Origin: Macrostomum hystrix
Taxonomy: Eukaryota > Animalia > Platyhelminthes
Reading direction: 5' to 3'
Length of the DNA: 64,000 nucleotides
NCBI GenBank assembly: GCA_950097015.1
Contig: CATNEN010000012.1
Location: 62,001 to 126,000 of the forward strand
Shown: positions 1 through 14,514 of the stretch, piece after piece
Position numbering within the stretch: position 1 is the first letter of the stretch
Layout: each line of letters begins with the position of its first letter
Position numbers and translations under genes: made by a program
The notes under the pieces: generated by a model
The model's database searches: none
The model's input: the letters and a program-made list of their open reading frames with translations, nothing else
Told to the model about the DNA's origin: nothing

Positions 1-298
1 TGTGGGACTGTCTGGTGTGGGACTGTCTGGTGTGGGACACTCCCTTGTGTGTCACTGAGTGAGTGTCCTGAGTCCACTGAGTGAGTGTCCTGAGTCCACT
101 GAGTGAGTGTCCTGAGTCCACTGAGTGAGTGTCCTGAGTCCACTGAGTGAGTGGCCTGAGTCCACTGAGTGAGTGGCCTGAGTCCACTGAGTGAGTGGCC
201 TGAGTCCACTGAGTGAGTGTCCTGAGTCCACTGAGTGAGTGTCCTGAGTCCACTAAGTGAGTGTCCTGAGTCCACTGAGTGAGTGTCCTGAGTCCACT
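1..298. repeat. 15-bp unit (window edge) then 22-bp minisatellite GTCCTGAGTCCACTGAGTGAGT
   Basis: Tandem copies read directly. Confidence 0.9.
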
Positions 299-944
299 GT
301 TCTCATTAAACCTTCCCAGACGATCTCACAGTGGCGCTGCAATTTTGTTTTCTTAGTCGCCTCGGTTGGCTGCCTGCAATGCGAAAAGTCCCCGTGACAG
401 CGGACTCCAGGGTCAGGCGCAGGCGTTGTCAGAGTCGACACTCTGTGGTGTGAGCAACCCGTGGGATATTTCGTAATCCCCCATAGGGTTTTTCGGATAC
501 CCCCAGCCCCACCACATCTCGGGATTAACTCGCAGTCAGTCAGGCAGGAATTGAAGCAGCCGGGATTCTTCGACTTGCTCGGCTTTTGGTCCTACTCGCT
601 CATTAAAATATTCATCAGCGATTCTCCCACAGGATTCTCCCAGAACTCTCTGCTCCCTCGCACTCGCATTCCCTTTGGCCCATCAAAGCCTGCCGAGGCC
701 TCCGCTCTGGTCGCTTCGTCAAGCTTTGATTTTCTGCCGGGGCGCGTCGAGCTCTGGAGACGCCTTGTCAGTTCCATTAGCGGCTGCCGCGGCCGGCTGG
801 GAGGGGCTCTCACTCTAACCCTGGCCATCAGAGAGCAGAGAGCAGCGCTAGCTAGTAGGGAGTGATGACCCAGACTGCAGTATTCGTTAAGTCATTCGAG
901 ATGCAATGACCCAGCCAATATGACCATCTGATATTGATTGCGAT

Positions 945-1470
945 GTTCTTAAATATCATCAGATCGTATGAGCCTTCAATTGCCCAGTTTCTAGGACATC
1001 ATCAGATCGTATGAGCCTTAAATGACTCTCTTTCTAGGAAACCATAAGATCGTATGAGCTTTCAATTACCCCGTTTCTTGGAAATTATCAGATCCTATGA
1101 GTCTTTTATGATTCGGTTTCTTGGAAATCATCAGATCGTATGAGCCTTCAATTACCCCGTTTCTAGGAAACCATAAAATCATATGAGCCTTCCATTAAAC
1201 AGTTTCTTGGAAATCATCAGATCGTATAAGCCTTAAATGACTCTGTTTCTAGGAAATTATCAGGTAGTATGAGTCTTTAGTTACCCAGTTTCTAGGAAAT
1301 CATCAGATCGTATGAGCCTTCAATTAACCAGTTTCTAGGAAATCATCAGATCGTATGAGCCTTCAATTAACCAGTTTCTAGGAAATCGTAAGATCGTATG
1401 AGCCTTCAATTGACCCGTTTCTAGGAAATCATCAGATCGTATGAGCCTTCAATTACCCAGTTTCTAGGAT
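945..1470. repeat. 43-bp degenerate minisatellite (AATCATCAGATCGTATGAGCCTTCAATT..AGTTTCTAGGA)
   Basis: About 12 diverged tandem copies. Confidence 0.9.
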
Positions 1471-2079
1471 ATAATTAGGTACTTTGTGACTGAATACAAT
1501 AGCGTGTCTATACATAGATTATAACAGTTGCCATGCCAGTTGAGTACACTGGGCAATGCTTGAGGCGCGAAAGTTAGCGCGAACCTAGGTCCTTACTCTC
1601 TAGACGAGTTTCCATAATACCCACGACCTCAATTTTGCACACTTTCGCCGCGTGCGCCTAATCGAGTTTTTGCTTAGTTTAGTAAGTAGCAATGTCATCA
1701 TCGACTCCTTCCCTCACTCTCTTTCTACCCTGCTTTACTTTTCTTCCATTACTTTCAAGGCACCACCAACCCCACAGCTATCGGCCCTTAGCTTGGCATG
1801 GTTGAAATCAGGCAGCGATGTATCTGCTGAAGATGCTGGGCCAAGGCAAGGGGCAGGAGTGGCTTCAGAACTGACTAGAAATAATTGCCTATGACTCCCC
1901 TGCCTTACAATCCGGCGCCTTCGAGGACGTGCTCAAAGTCATTTGCACTCAGGGCGCGGGTTTCAATCTAATTGTTGGTCTGGCTAATCTTGTATGAAAG
2001 CCTGGTGTCGAAATATGCTGGCCTTTGTGAGATTATACTGCTCCTAATTAGATACATTTTCATACACAGTCTTGTCTAA

Positions 2080-3862
2080 CATGTTCAGTTACTCTCTTGT
2101 CTAACATGTTCAGTTACACATTCTTGTCTAACAGGTTGTGTTATACAGTATTGTCTAACAGGTTCAGTTACACAGTCTTGTCTAACACGTTGTCTTACAC
2201 AGCCTTGTCTAACAGGTTCAGTTACACAGTCTTGTCTAACACGTTGTCTTACACAGCCTTGTCTAACAGGTTCAGTTACACAGTCTTGTCTAACAGGTTC
2301 AGTTACACAGCCTTGTCTAACAGGTTCAGTTACACAGCCTTGTCTAACAGGTTCAGTTACACAGCCTTGTCTAACAGGTTCAGTTACACAGCCTTGTCTA
2401 ACAGGTTCAGTTACACAGCCTTGTCTAACAGGTTCAGTTACACAGCCTTGTCTAACAGGTTCAGTTACACAGCCTTGTCTAACAGGTTCAGTTACACAGC
2501 CTTGTCTAACAGGTTCAGTTACACAGCCTTGTCTAACAGGTTCAGTTACACAGTCTTGTCTAACAGGTTCAGTTACACAGTCTTGTCTAACACGTTGTCT
2601 TACACAGCCTTGTCTAACAGGTTCAGTTACACAGTCTTGTCTAACACGTTGTCTTACACAGCCTTGTCTAACAGGTTCAGTTACACAGTCTTGTCTAACA
2701 GGTTCAGTTACACAGCCTTGTCTAACAGGTTCAGTTACACAGCCTTGTCTAACAGGTTCAGTTACACAGCCTTGTCTAACAGGTTCAGTTACACAGTCTT
2801 GTCTAACAGGTTCAGTTACACAGCCTTGTCTAACAGGTTCAGTTACACAGTCTTGTCTAACAGGTTCAGTTACACAGCCTTGTCTAACAGGTTCAGTTAC
2901 ACAGTCTTGTCTAACAGGTTCAGTTACACAGCCTTGTCTAACAGGTTCAGTTACACAGCCTTGTCTAACAGGTTCAGTTACACAGCCTTGTCTAACAGGT
3001 TCAGTTACACAGTCTTGTCTAACAGGTTCAGTTACACAGTCTTGTCTAACAGGTTCAGTTACACAGTCTTGTCTAACAGGTTCAGTTACACAGTCTTGTC
3101 TAACAGGTTCAGTTACACAGTCTTGTCTAAAAGGTTCAGTTACACAGCCTTGTCTAACAGGTTCAGTTACACAGCCTTGTCTAACAGGTTCAGTTACACA
3201 GCCTTGTCTAACAGGTTCAGTTACACAGTCTTGTCAAACAGGTTCAGTTACACAGTCTTGTCTAACAGGTTCAGTTACACAGTCTTGTCTAACAGGTTCA
3301 GTTACACAGTCTTGTCTAACACGTTGTCTTACACAGCCTTGTCTAACAGGTTCAGTTACACAGTCTTGTCTAACAGGTTCAGTTACACAGCCTTGTCTAA
3401 CAGGTTCAGTTACACAGCCTTGTCTAACAGGTTCAGTTACACAGCCTTGTCTAACAGGTTCAGTTACACAGCCTTGTCTAACAGGTTCAGTTACACAGTC
3501 TTGTCTAACAGGTTCAGTTACACAGTCTTGTCTAACAGGTTCAGTTACACAGTCTTGTCTAACAGGTTCAGTTACACAGTCTTGTCTAACAGGTTCAGTT
3601 ACACAGTCTTGTCTAAAAGGTTCAGTTACACAGCCTTGTCTAACAGGTTCAGTTACACAGACTTGTCTAACAGGTTCAGTTACACAGTCTTGTCTAACAG
3701 GTTCAGTTACACAGCCTTGTCTAAAAGGTTCAGTTACACAGCCTTGTCTAACAGGTTCAGTTACACAATCTTGTCTAACAGGTTCAGTTACACAGCCTTG
3801 TCTAAAAGGTTCAGTTACACAGCCTTGTCTAACAGGTTCAGTTACACAGTCTTGTCTAACAT
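2080..3862. repeat. 27-bp minisatellite ACACAG(C/T)CTTGTCTAACAGGTTCAGTT
   Basis: Tandem copies; source of the spurious SNRFSYTAL ORF. Confidence 0.97.
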
Positions 3863-4494
3863 TGTTTTTGAGCTGTTACCATTCTGCATCGGCGGCTTTG
3901 GCTGACGAAAAGGTCAACTTCATGAGGATAAAAAGTGTTTCTTGAACACTCTTTATTAAGGAATCGAAGGAGATGAAGTATCCCCGAGCGCCGATCCCAT
4001 CCGAAGCCTGGAGAAACGTGAAATGCCACAGGGGGCGGCCGTTGGTAAGGCCGAAATCCATTTGCGCATTAAGTTTGTCTCGGCTGGCTGTGTGTTGTGA
4101 GGAATATTTACATTGCCAAGGCGTTGCCTTTGGCTCAGTTTGGCAGCTGGAGGAACAGCGCCAGGAAGAGGAGAGACTGAGCCGCAGCAACTGAAATCGC
4201 TGCTTTTGGGATTAAAGAGGCCGTTTGCCTTTTTGCTTCTCTACCTCCCAACCTCTCCCTCCCTCTCTCTCCCGCTTTTCTGGCCAAGATAAAAATGTTT
4301 GACCCACCCGAGTTGCATTTGGATTTATTTAGACTTTTATTTTTCGAAGCTTAAACAGCCTTGTTAGCAAAGGAATGTTGCTTTTCAATTGGGCAGCTGA
4401 AAGAAGAGAGATTGGTTGAGATTGATACGGATAAGCTGGTCTAAGTTATTTGGATTAATAGGGAAAGTTTGAGATATATTAGAATACAGAAGGA

Positions 4495-5345
4495 GATAAG
4501 GATGAGAGCGATTGGAATAAATAGAGAGATAAGGGTGAGATAGGTTAGAATGAAGAGAGATAAGGGTGAGATAGGTTAGAATGAAGAGAGATAAGGGTGA
4601 GATAAGTAAGAATAAAGGGAGATAAGGGTGAGATAGGTTGGAATGAAGAGAGATAAGGGTGAGATAAGTAAGAATAAAGGGAGATAAGGGTGAGATAGGT
4701 TAGAATGAAGAGAGATAAGGGTGAGATAGGTTAGAATGAAGAGAGATAAGGGTGAGATAGGTTGGAATGAAGAGAGATAAGGGTGAGATAGGTTAGAATG
4801 AAGAGAGATAAGGGTGAGATAGGTTGGAATGAAGAGAGATAAGGGTGAGATAGGTTAGAATGAAGAGAGATAAGGGTGAGATAGGTTAGAATGAAGAGAG
4901 ATAAGGGTGAGATAGGTTAGAATGAAGAGAGATAAGGGTGAGATAGGTTAGAATGAAGAGAGATAAGGGTGAGATAGGTTAGAATGAAGAGAGATAAGGG
5001 TGAGATAGGTTAGAATGAAGAGAGATAAGGGTAAGATAAGTAAGAATAAATGGAGATAAGGGTGAGATAGGTTAGAATGAAGAGAGATAAGGGTGAGATA
5101 GGTTAGAATGAAGAGAGATAAGGGTGAGATAGGTTAGAATGAAGAGAGATAAGGGTGAGATAGGTTAGAATGAAGAGAGATAAGGGTGAGATAGGTAAGA
5201 ATAAAGAGAGATAAGGGTGAGATAGATTAGAATAAAGAGAGAGATAAGGGTGAGATAGATTAGAATGAAGAGAGAGATAGGGATGAGATAGATTAGAGGA
5301 AAGATCTAATAAGAATGAGATAGATTAGAATAGAGAGAGAGATAA
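4495..5345. repeat. 31-bp purine-rich minisatellite GAGAGATAAGGGTGAGATAGGTTAGAATGAA
   Basis: Tandem copies read directly. Confidence 0.95.
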
Positions 5346-6020
5346 AGGCGAGATAAAAGGTGAGGCAATAAATATTAGTCTCATATTGCTTATATTTATG
5401 CTCAAAATATTTCAAAATGAAACAAGAAGAATTGTCTGTAGGCAGCAGTAGCAGCATAGGGGCATATTTCCAGAGCTCTCATTGGCTGCAGAGACGGCAG
5501 CAGGAAGCTCACCCATTGGCCAGTTCAGAAAGTTAATCTTAGCTCGCCCGAATGCACAAATCTGCCTCTACTTCACCATCACCAAATGTACCTGGTGAAC
5601 GCTGGCCTGACTTCGCACGTCAGTTAAAACGTCAGCTTTCGTTTCTTGGCCATAGACTAAAGAGAATAGTTTAGCTGCTCACTGCTTGGAGTGCTGTCGC
5701 ATTGTGCATCTACAGAGAGGTTTTTTATCGAAACTGGAGTTGCTATGCATTCGGTTAAGAGTTGGTGAGCTAATGTTGATTATGAGAACTGTTTCTAACG
5801 TCATAAATTTGTATTAGCTCCGCCTAAATTAGGATTGTATCGTAGTGAATGCACTTTTCAATCATTCAATTGTGTCTAGTTTGCCCCAATCTGTCTGCCT
5901 TGATTAATTAAAATGATGGAATCCATGGCAAAGTGCGCATTGAGTTAGCTGCAGGCTTCTCACCTTTCCATTTTAATTGCTGTAGAGCTGCGAAAATTTA
6001 CGAGAGGGTGAAAATAAATA

Positions 6021-6676
6021 TCTCCCATCTCACTGTCTCCCATCTCACTGTCTCCCATCTCACTGTCTCCCATCTCACTGTCTCCCATCTCACTGTCTCC
6101 CATCTCACTGTCTCCCATCTCACTGTCTCCCATCTCACTGTCTCCCATCTCACTGTCTCCCATCTCACTGTCTCCCATCTCACTGTCTCCCATCTCACTG
6201 TCTCCCATCTCACTGTCTCCCATCTCACTGTCTCCCATCTCACTGTCTCCCATCTCACTGTCTCCCATCTCACTGTCTCCCATCTCACTGTCTCCCATCT
6301 CACTGTCTCCCATCTCACTGTCTCCCATCTCACTGTCTCCCATCTCACTGTCTCCCATCTCACTGTCTCCCATCTCACTGTCTCCCATCTCACTGTCTCC
6401 CATCTCACTGTCTCCCATCTCACTGTCTCCCATCTCACTGTCTCCCATCTCACTGTCTCCCATCTCACTGTCTCCCATCTCACTGTCTCCCATCTCACTG
6501 TCTCCCATCTCACTGTCTCCCATCTCACTGTCTCCCATCTCACTGTCTCCCATCTCACTGTCTCCCATCTCACTGTCTCCCATCTCACTGTCTCCCATCT
6601 CACTGTCTCCCATCTCACTGTCTCCCATCTCACTGTCTCCCATCTCACTGTCTCCCATCTCACTGTCTCCCATCTC
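6021..6676. repeat. 15-bp perfect minisatellite CTCCCATCTCACTGT
   Basis: About 44 identical copies. Confidence 0.98.
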
Positions 6677-8019
6677 AGCAGTTCTAATCGCTCCCTGTTA
6701 AAATTTCCTTAAATATTGCCTGCAATAAACTTATATTGCACCTCTATTACAATACATTTAGCAATCTATATATTATTAGATGTACTCATGCGCAAACTGC
6801 ATGACTCAAGTATTCCATTATTCATTCTTCTACTCTCTATTCTCACCTCTCTCTTTTTGTCAGCAAGGAAACTTGCTAGCACTGCTGCCGGCCCACAATG
6901 GGCTCAGCCTAACCCGCCGTAGTAATTCAGTCTGCGCCATAAATTAAAATTCAGGGTATAAGCTTGCTGCTGAAGATATTCATCGATCAAGAATAGTGGG
7001 TGATGGGGAAGAGAATACACCGGGCGATCAAATAAGGAGCCATGGGCGAGGGGAGAGGATAGGGAGAGTGGCCATAGACACTTGACTTTTCCTCCATCGT
7101 CGAGGTCCGGCGTCGAAGCGACTCACGGAATTCGAAACAATCACAAAATCACCCTAGAATAGGAGGAATCCCAATTTGAAAGTCGTTGATCCTAGCAACT
7201 GGAAACTGGTCCTGAGTAACGGATTCATTATTTTGTGCTTAGTCCGCGAGCCCCTGTCAATCATCGCGACAATCTATCACCCTCCCCAGTGCTGGTGCGT
7301 GACTCGCTATCTTCAGCTGAAGAAGAAACATTGTGTGGATGGCGAGTCGATTTAATCGAGTAAATAAGAACTGGTCCAAGGTCATTGTTGGCAAAACCAT
7401 TTTTTGCTGACTGTGTGTCTCGGCCTGCTCTGTTCCTCTCCTCCGGTCTCTGTGACGGATTGCAGGCATCATGCAGTTTTTTTGCACCTGGAAATTTTGC
7501 GTGATAAAGCTTTAAAAATTTTTTTCGCTCGGCTTGGCAGCTCTCAAATTCTGCTCACTTCTCAACTTATTTAGCGCCTCTAGGTCATCGTCAATTCATT
7601 CTTTCTGAACGGATGAGAGAGACTGGATGAATGGGGAAGCGGTGTTCCACGCTTCACTGCCAGATACCAGCAATATGAGCTTCCATGAGCTCTCTCTCTA
7701 TCTGTCTGTCTCTCTTCAAATTGGGAAATGCTAGAAATTAGGATGAAACTGATACTGTAGAGCTTGCGGTGGAGCTCATGGTGTGTGCGGTATTGGACGG
7801 CTTGTGGCAAAGTGGGCTTGAAACTGCTCAACTTTGAAAAGCACTGGCACTAGCACGGCATTGTAAAAGTAGAACGGCGTTGAGAACCATCCCATGGTGG
7901 CCTAGGGCTGGCTTATTTTTAGCTATCTTTCGAGGGACAATGGAGAACCATTGTGAATCATTAAATATATTTACTGCTTCTGCTAATTGCTAACACCAAT
8001 TGTACGATTGGAAAATTGG

Positions 8020-9738
8020 AGTTCAGTCATACTAGATTTCAGTCATACTAGAGTTCAGTCATACTAGAGTTCAGTCATACAAGAGTTCAGTCATACTAGA
8101 TTTCAGTCATACAAGAGTTCAGTCTTACTAGAGTTCAGTCATACTAGAGTTCAGTCATACTAGATTTCAGTCATACAAGAGTTCAGTCTTACTAGAGTTC
8201 AGTCATACTAGAGTTCAGTCATACTAGAGTTCAGTCATACTAGAGTTCAGTCATACTAGAGTTCAGTCATACTAGAGTTCAGTCATGCTGGAGTTCAGTC
8301 ATACTAGAAGAGTTCAGTCATACTAGAAGAGTTCAGTCATACTAGAGTTCAGTCATGCTAGAGTTCAGTCATACTAGAGTTCAGTCATACTAGAGTTCAG
8401 TCATACTAGAGTTCAGTCATACTAGAGTTCAGTCATACTAGAGTTCAGTCATGCTGGAGTTCAGTCATACTAGAAGAGTTCAGTCATACTAGAGTTCAGT
8501 CATACTGGAGTTCAGTCATACTAGAGTTCAGTCATACTGGAGTTCAGTCATACTAGAGTTCAGTCATACTAGAAGAGTTCAGTCATACTAGAGCTCAGTC
8601 ATACTAGAGCTCAGTCATACTTGAGTTCAATCATACTAGAGTTCAGTCATACTAGAGTTCAGTCATACTTGAGTTCAGTCATACTAGAGTTCAGTCATAC
8701 TAGAGTTCAGTCATACTAGAGTTCAGTCATACTAGAAGAGTTCAGTCATACTAGAAGAGTTCAGTCATACTAGAGCTCAGTCATACTAGAGCTCAGTCAT
8801 ACTTGAGTTCAATCATACTAGAGTTCAGTCATACTAGAGTTCAGTCATACTAGAGTTCAGTCATACTAGAGTTCAGTCATACTAGAGTTCAGTCATACTA
8901 GAGTTCAGTCATACTAGAGTTCAGTCATACTAGAGTTCAGTCATACTAGAAGAGTTCAGTCATACTAGAAGAGTTCAGTCATACTAGAAGAGTTCAGTCA
9001 TACTAGAGCTCAGTCATACTAGAGTTCAGTCATACTTGAGTTCAATCATACTAGAGTTCAGTCATACTAGAGTTCAGTCATACTAGAGTTCAGTCATACT
9101 AGAGTTCAGTCATACTAGAGTTCAGTCATACTAGAGTTCAGTCATGCTGGAGTTCAGTCATACTAGAAGAGTTCAGTCATACTAGAAGAGTTCAGTCATA
9201 CTAGAGTTCAGTCATACTAGAGTTCAGTCATACTAGAGTTCAGTCATACTAGAGTTCAGTCATACTAGAGTTCAGTCATGCTGGAGTTCAGTCATACTAG
9301 AGTTCAGTCATACTAGAGTTCAGTCATACTTGAGTTCAGTCATGCTAGAGTTCAGTCATACTAGAGTTCAGTCATACTTGAGTTCAGTCATGCTAGAGTT
9401 CAGTCATACTGGAGTTCAGTCATACTAGAGTTCAGTCATGCTGGAGTTCAGTCATACTAGAGTTCAGTCATACTGGAGTTCAGTCATACTAGAGTTCAGT
9501 CATACTAGAGTTCAGTCATACTAGAGTTCAGTCATGCTGGAGTTCAGTCATACTAGAGTTCAGTCATACTGGAGTTCAGTCATACTAGAGTTCAGTCATA
9601 CTAGAGTTCAGTCATGCTGGAGTTCAGTCATACTAGAGTTCAGTCATACTGGAGTTCAGTCATACTAGAGTTCAGTCATACTAGATTTCAGTCATACTAG
9701 AGTTCAGTCATACTGGAGTTCAGTCATGCTGGAGTTCA
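8020..9738. repeat. 16-bp minisatellite GAGTTCAGTCATACTA (19-bp variants with extra GAA)
   Basis: Tandem copies read directly. Confidence 0.97.
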
Positions 9739-10154
9739 ATTGACACAGCTCCTTAACTGTTTCACTGTTTGCACTTTCTGAAAGGAAAATGCGTCAATTT
9801 TAAGTAGTCCAGAATAGAAACATGGACTCTGGATTACTGATCTTCAAGCGAAGAAAAATCGACCGAACAAAAAAGCACTTTACCACCTGCCGAGGTGTCA
9901 GATGAGTGAGTGACTGACGAGTATTGAGCTTTGCATCTTAGCTGTCGTTGAGTAGATTGGTGGGATTTTGCAAAGAATATAGGATGGGGTACAACAGTAC
10001 AAGAGTAGACCGGACTTCTGTTGCGAGGTAATTTAAGGAAAGCAGATAAAGAGATTAGACTGACGAAGGGACGTGAAATTGAAAGATTCATCGAAAAAAG
10101 GTAGGCTGTTTGTTTCAAGATTTCTCTCACCTTTGGATTTTCTGTTTTTTTTCG

Positions 10155-10524
10155 TTGGTTGGTTGGTTGGTTGGTTGGTTGGTTGGTTGGTTGGTTGGTT
10201 GGCTGGTTGGTTGGTTGGCTGGTTGGTTGGTTGGTTGGTTGGTTGGTTGGCTGGTTGGTTGGTTGGCTGGTTGGTTGGTTGGTTGGTTGGTTGGTTGGTT
10301 GGTTGGCTGGTTGGTTGGTTGGTTGGTTGGTTGGTTGGTTGGTTGGCTGGTTGGTTGGTTGGTTGGTTGGTTGGTTGGTTGGTTGGTTGGTTGGTTGGTT
10401 GGTTGGTTGGTTGGTTGGCTGGTTGGTTGGTTGGTTGGTTGGTTGGTTGGTTGGTTGGTTGGTTGGTTGGTTGGTTGGTTGGTTGGTTGGTTGGTTGGTT
10501 GGTTGGTTGGTTGGTTGGTTGGTT
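10155..10524. repeat. (GGTT)n microsatellite with GGCT variants
   Basis: Direct. Confidence 0.98.
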
Positions 10525-11599
10525 TGGGGTAGTGTTGTTTGGGGTACTTGTTGCTTGGGTTGGGTGTTGTTTGGGGTGGTTGTGGTTTTGGGTACGCTTT
10601 ATCTGGGGCTTGGTGTTTATAGGTGGGTGTTAACGAGGTTGTCATCTCTTGAGATTGTTGGTATGTATGGTGCGTTTTAGTGACTAGTATTAATTTAAAT
10701 TGATTGTTTGTTTGGCTGGCAATTTTAGTTCCCTGATTCATATTTAGTTCTGTTTGGTAAGCATTACTAATTGCACTCGTAATTATTAATAGTTTTTAGT
10801 TGCCAACATGGAAGTACTGAACAGCAAGAATTCAATGCAGCATTGCAGAATAATGGCCCGGGAGAGTTTGCCAGCTAAGCTTGGGTAACTGGAATTGATT
10901 GCTACAGGATTTGGCTGCTGCTTTTACGGTGCAATAACGCCCCGATTAGTGCGTCATAAACAGCTCACTATAGCTAGCAGTCATTTAGCCTCCTCTGCCT
11001 TGGATTGGCCATTTTTTACCAATTTATGAGCAGTCAAAATTGCTTTCGCCAAGCCATCCCCTTTTAGGAGAAAGCAGAGCTTTGAAGGAAGTGAAAGTTT
11101 TAAATCGCATTGCGCATAGTTAAAGGAGAATTTGGTTCGCTGACTACAAGGCCTCCCCTCTTCATCATTATGAAATCGGGCCCCAGTTCCCCGATCGAAC
11201 TATTTCTTAATTTCCAATCGCAGTCTGATGCGGCTTGTCATGCCTGTCTGCCTTATATCTAACAAGCTTCATTAGACCGCTAGCTGAGAGTGTTTCAAAG
11301 TTACTAGGCTGGCATGGAAGCTAGAGATGCCGAAACTGAATTACAGTGCGGCTAAGCTTGTCTCACATATATAACTGCTATTTGAATAATTTGTCTAGCT
11401 ATTTTCATGTAGTGGACTATGAGTTCAGGGCAGCTGAGAGAGAGTTTGGGAAAGAGAGAAAGTTATTAGGCTTGCCAGGGTTCGATAGAACTACAGATTG
11501 TGGCTTAGGGAGGTAGGTACTTATGGATGTGGGACAGAATTGGAGAGATGCGGATTAGAACTAAAGAGAAGGAGGGAAGAATCGGAGAGAGATGTGTTG

Positions 11600-12420
11600 G
11601 AGAATAGCAGAGATGTGTGGGAGAATTGGAGGGATGTGTGGGAGAATTGGAGAGATACAGGGGAGAATTGGAGAGATGCGGGGAGAATCGGAGAGATGTG
11701 TGGGAGAATTGGAGAGATGTGTGGGAGAATTGGAGAGATGTGTGGGAGAATTGGAGAGATGTGTGGGAGAATTGGAGAGATGTGTGGGAGAATAGGAGAG
11801 ATGTGTGGGAGAATTGGAGAGATGTGTGGGAGAATTGGAGAGATGTGTGGAAGAATTGGAGAGATGTGTGGGAGAATTGGAGAGATACAGGGGAGAATTG
11901 GAGAGATACAGGGGAGAATTGGAGAGATGTGTGGGAGAATTGGAGAGATACAGGGGAGAATTGGAGAGATACAGGGGAGAATTGGAGAGATACAGGGGAG
12001 AATTGGAGAGATGTGTGGGAGAATTGGAGAGATGTGTGGGAGAATTGGAGAGATGCGGGGAGAATCGGAGAGATGTGTGGGAGAATTGGAGAGATGCGGG
12101 GAGAATCGGAGAGATGTGTGGGAGAATTGGAGAGATGCGGGTAGAATTGGAGAGATGCGGGTAGAATTGGAGAGATGCCTGGAGAATTGTAGAGATGTGT
12201 GGGAGAATTGGAGAGATGTGTGGGAGAATAGGAGAGATGTGTGGGAGACTTAGAGAGATGCGGGGAGAATTGGAGAGATGCGGGGAGAATTGGAGAGATG
12301 CGGGGAGAATTGGAGAGATGCGGGGAGAATTGGAGAGATGCAGGGGAGAATTGGAGAGATACGGGGAGAATTGGAGAGATGCGGGGAGAATCGGTGAGAT
12401 GTGTGGGAGAATCGGTGGAT
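11600..12420. repeat. 20/21-bp minisatellite GGAGAATTGGAGAGATGTGTG
   Basis: Direct. Confidence 0.95.
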
Positions 12421-12892
12421 AGGTGAGAAATGGAGAAATGGAGAAATAGAATGATGAGGAAAGCAATAAAATGATTTGAAGTGACACGGTTGGATGAATC
12501 TTCAGCAATTCGCGGTCGCAAAGGCCAGCGGGTTGAGTGGGAGAAGAAGTCCCAGAGTAAAATCGGGCCAAATTAGCGGGCCGTCTTTCTGAACCGAACA
12601 CGCGGACCCAGCAGTCCCTGGCACTGGGGAAAAGGTACTTCAATCAGCCCGGTGGTGTGCAGCAGAAAGTTGTTAGGGCCACCTCAGGCAGCCTCCCTAA
12701 TGAGGTCTGAGCTGCGTAGCTAATCGCATCAGAGCAGGCGAGCGAACCGTGAGCAGTTTGGCTGAGCTGGGACAGGGGAGAAGCGGATTTTAGGTTCATA
12801 GTGTTGTTGTCAAGCCGAAGGAACACTCACACTACTGGCTTGAATCTGAGCACAAATGGTGACAACCTTTTAGTGCTGCTTCTGCTGCTGTT

Positions 12893-13258
12893 GGTGTACT
12901 CACACTGTACTTTCCGGGGTTGGCCCTCATTGGCCGTTGATGTACTCACACTGTACTTTCCGGGGTTGGCCCTCATTGGCCGTTGATGTACTCACACTGT
13001 ACTTTCCGGGGTTGGCCCTCATTGGCCGTTGATGTACTCACACTGTACTTTCCGGGGTTGGCCCTCATTGGCCGTTGATGTACTCACACTGTACTTTCCG
13101 GGGTTGGCCCTCATTGGCCGTTGATGTACTCACACTGTACTTTCCGGGGTTGGCCCTCATTGGCCGTTGGTGTACTCACACTGTACTTTCCAGGGTTGGC
13201 CCTCATTGGCCGTTGGTGTACTCACACTGTACTTTCCAGGGTTGGTCCTCATTGGCCG
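12893..13258. repeat. 46-bp minisatellite TGTACTCACACTGTACTTTCCGGGGTTGGCCCTCATTGGCCGTTGA
   Basis: About 8 copies. Confidence 0.95.
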
Positions 13259-13869
13259 GAATTGCGCAATCCACCGACATATCATAAGCCTCGGAGTTTG
13301 GACGAAATATTGCTCTACGCCACTCTCCCTAATGTGAATTCCGTTTTAATATACTCGTACAATCTGTCAGAATAATACTGCAGATAGAATATCGGGAGGT
13401 GCTGATAGGAAAGTCAGGATTAGGGAATCTCGGATGAGTGAGAGAAGGCGATGGGGAGGGTGGAGAAGGGACAGTCCCATCTGGGAGTCAGATTCGTTTA
13501 ATTTCGCTCTCACACTCGCACGGCCAGTGCTACAGTTCTGCAGGGGGGGTGTCTTATTCTCTGGCTAGCTGGTAGTTCGGTCTGCGATTCCACCGAAATT
13601 GAATGCCATTTCGGATGCGTGTGCGGAATGCTATCATTTCACTGAGCAGCCAAGGCATTCTCAGGGGCTGAAGCAGAGTGGACAAATTCAGAATTCTAGA
13701 AGTGCCAGCGTCATCAGCTAAATAAATGACATATTGCAATGCCACTGGCTGCTGCATCAGACTCGCCTGCGTTGGCATGGAAACGGCCCAACTGACTGCC
13801 TATTTGGGCGCTGGTGGCCCTGGCAGAATCGAAATTATTGTGAAGTATGGAGAAGAGAGTGGCTGGGGA

Positions 13870-14203
13870 GAGAGGGAGCGGTGGGAGAGGGAGCGGTGAG
13901 AGAGGGAGCGGTGGGAGAGGGAGCGGTGAGAGAGGGAGCGGTGGGAGAGGGAGCGGTGAGAGAGGGAGCGGTGGGAGAGGGAGCGGTGAGAGAGGGAGCG
14001 GTGGGAGAGTGAGCGGTGAGAGAGGGAGCGGTTAGAGACGAAGCGGTAAGAGAGTGAGCGGTGAGAGAGGGAGCGGTGAGAGAGGGAGCGGTGAGAGAGG
14101 GAGCGGTGATAGAGGGAGCGGTGGGAGAGGGAGCGGTGAGAGAGGGAGCGGTGATAGAGGGAGCGGTGATAGAGGGAGCGGTGGGAGAGGGAGCGGTGGG
14201 AGA
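13870..14203. repeat. 15-bp minisatellite GAGAGGGAGCGGTG(G/A)
   Basis: Direct. Confidence 0.95.
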
Positions 14204-14514
14204 GGTTGCACAGTAAACGAATGGCAGCAAGAACTTTGATATATCGAAAACAAAAATATGGTTCACTTTGGTATCTAAAGTGTCCGAGCATAATTTTACA
14301 CTTCATATATATTTCCTACTCAACATATCCTACCAACAGACTCGACCAGTAAGCAGGAAATGTGAGTCGATTGAGAAGGCAGCCCTGGGTCCAGTCAGTC
14401 GGAAGTTAATCCGCTCATCGCCTGTCACAGAAGGATTATTCGCCAGGTAGTCAAGGTGAGATTCTGAAGTAAATGATGGAAAGTAAATGAAGTAAATAAG
14501 CTAGTTAAACTGAG

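Noticed and set aside
2097-3905. 602-aa ORF (SNRFSYTAL)n
   Set aside because: Translation of a stop-free 27-bp minisatellite; no unique coding flanks.
10155-10524. Telomeric repeat
   Set aside because: Unit is GGTT, not TTAGGG or TTAGG, and it is interstitial.
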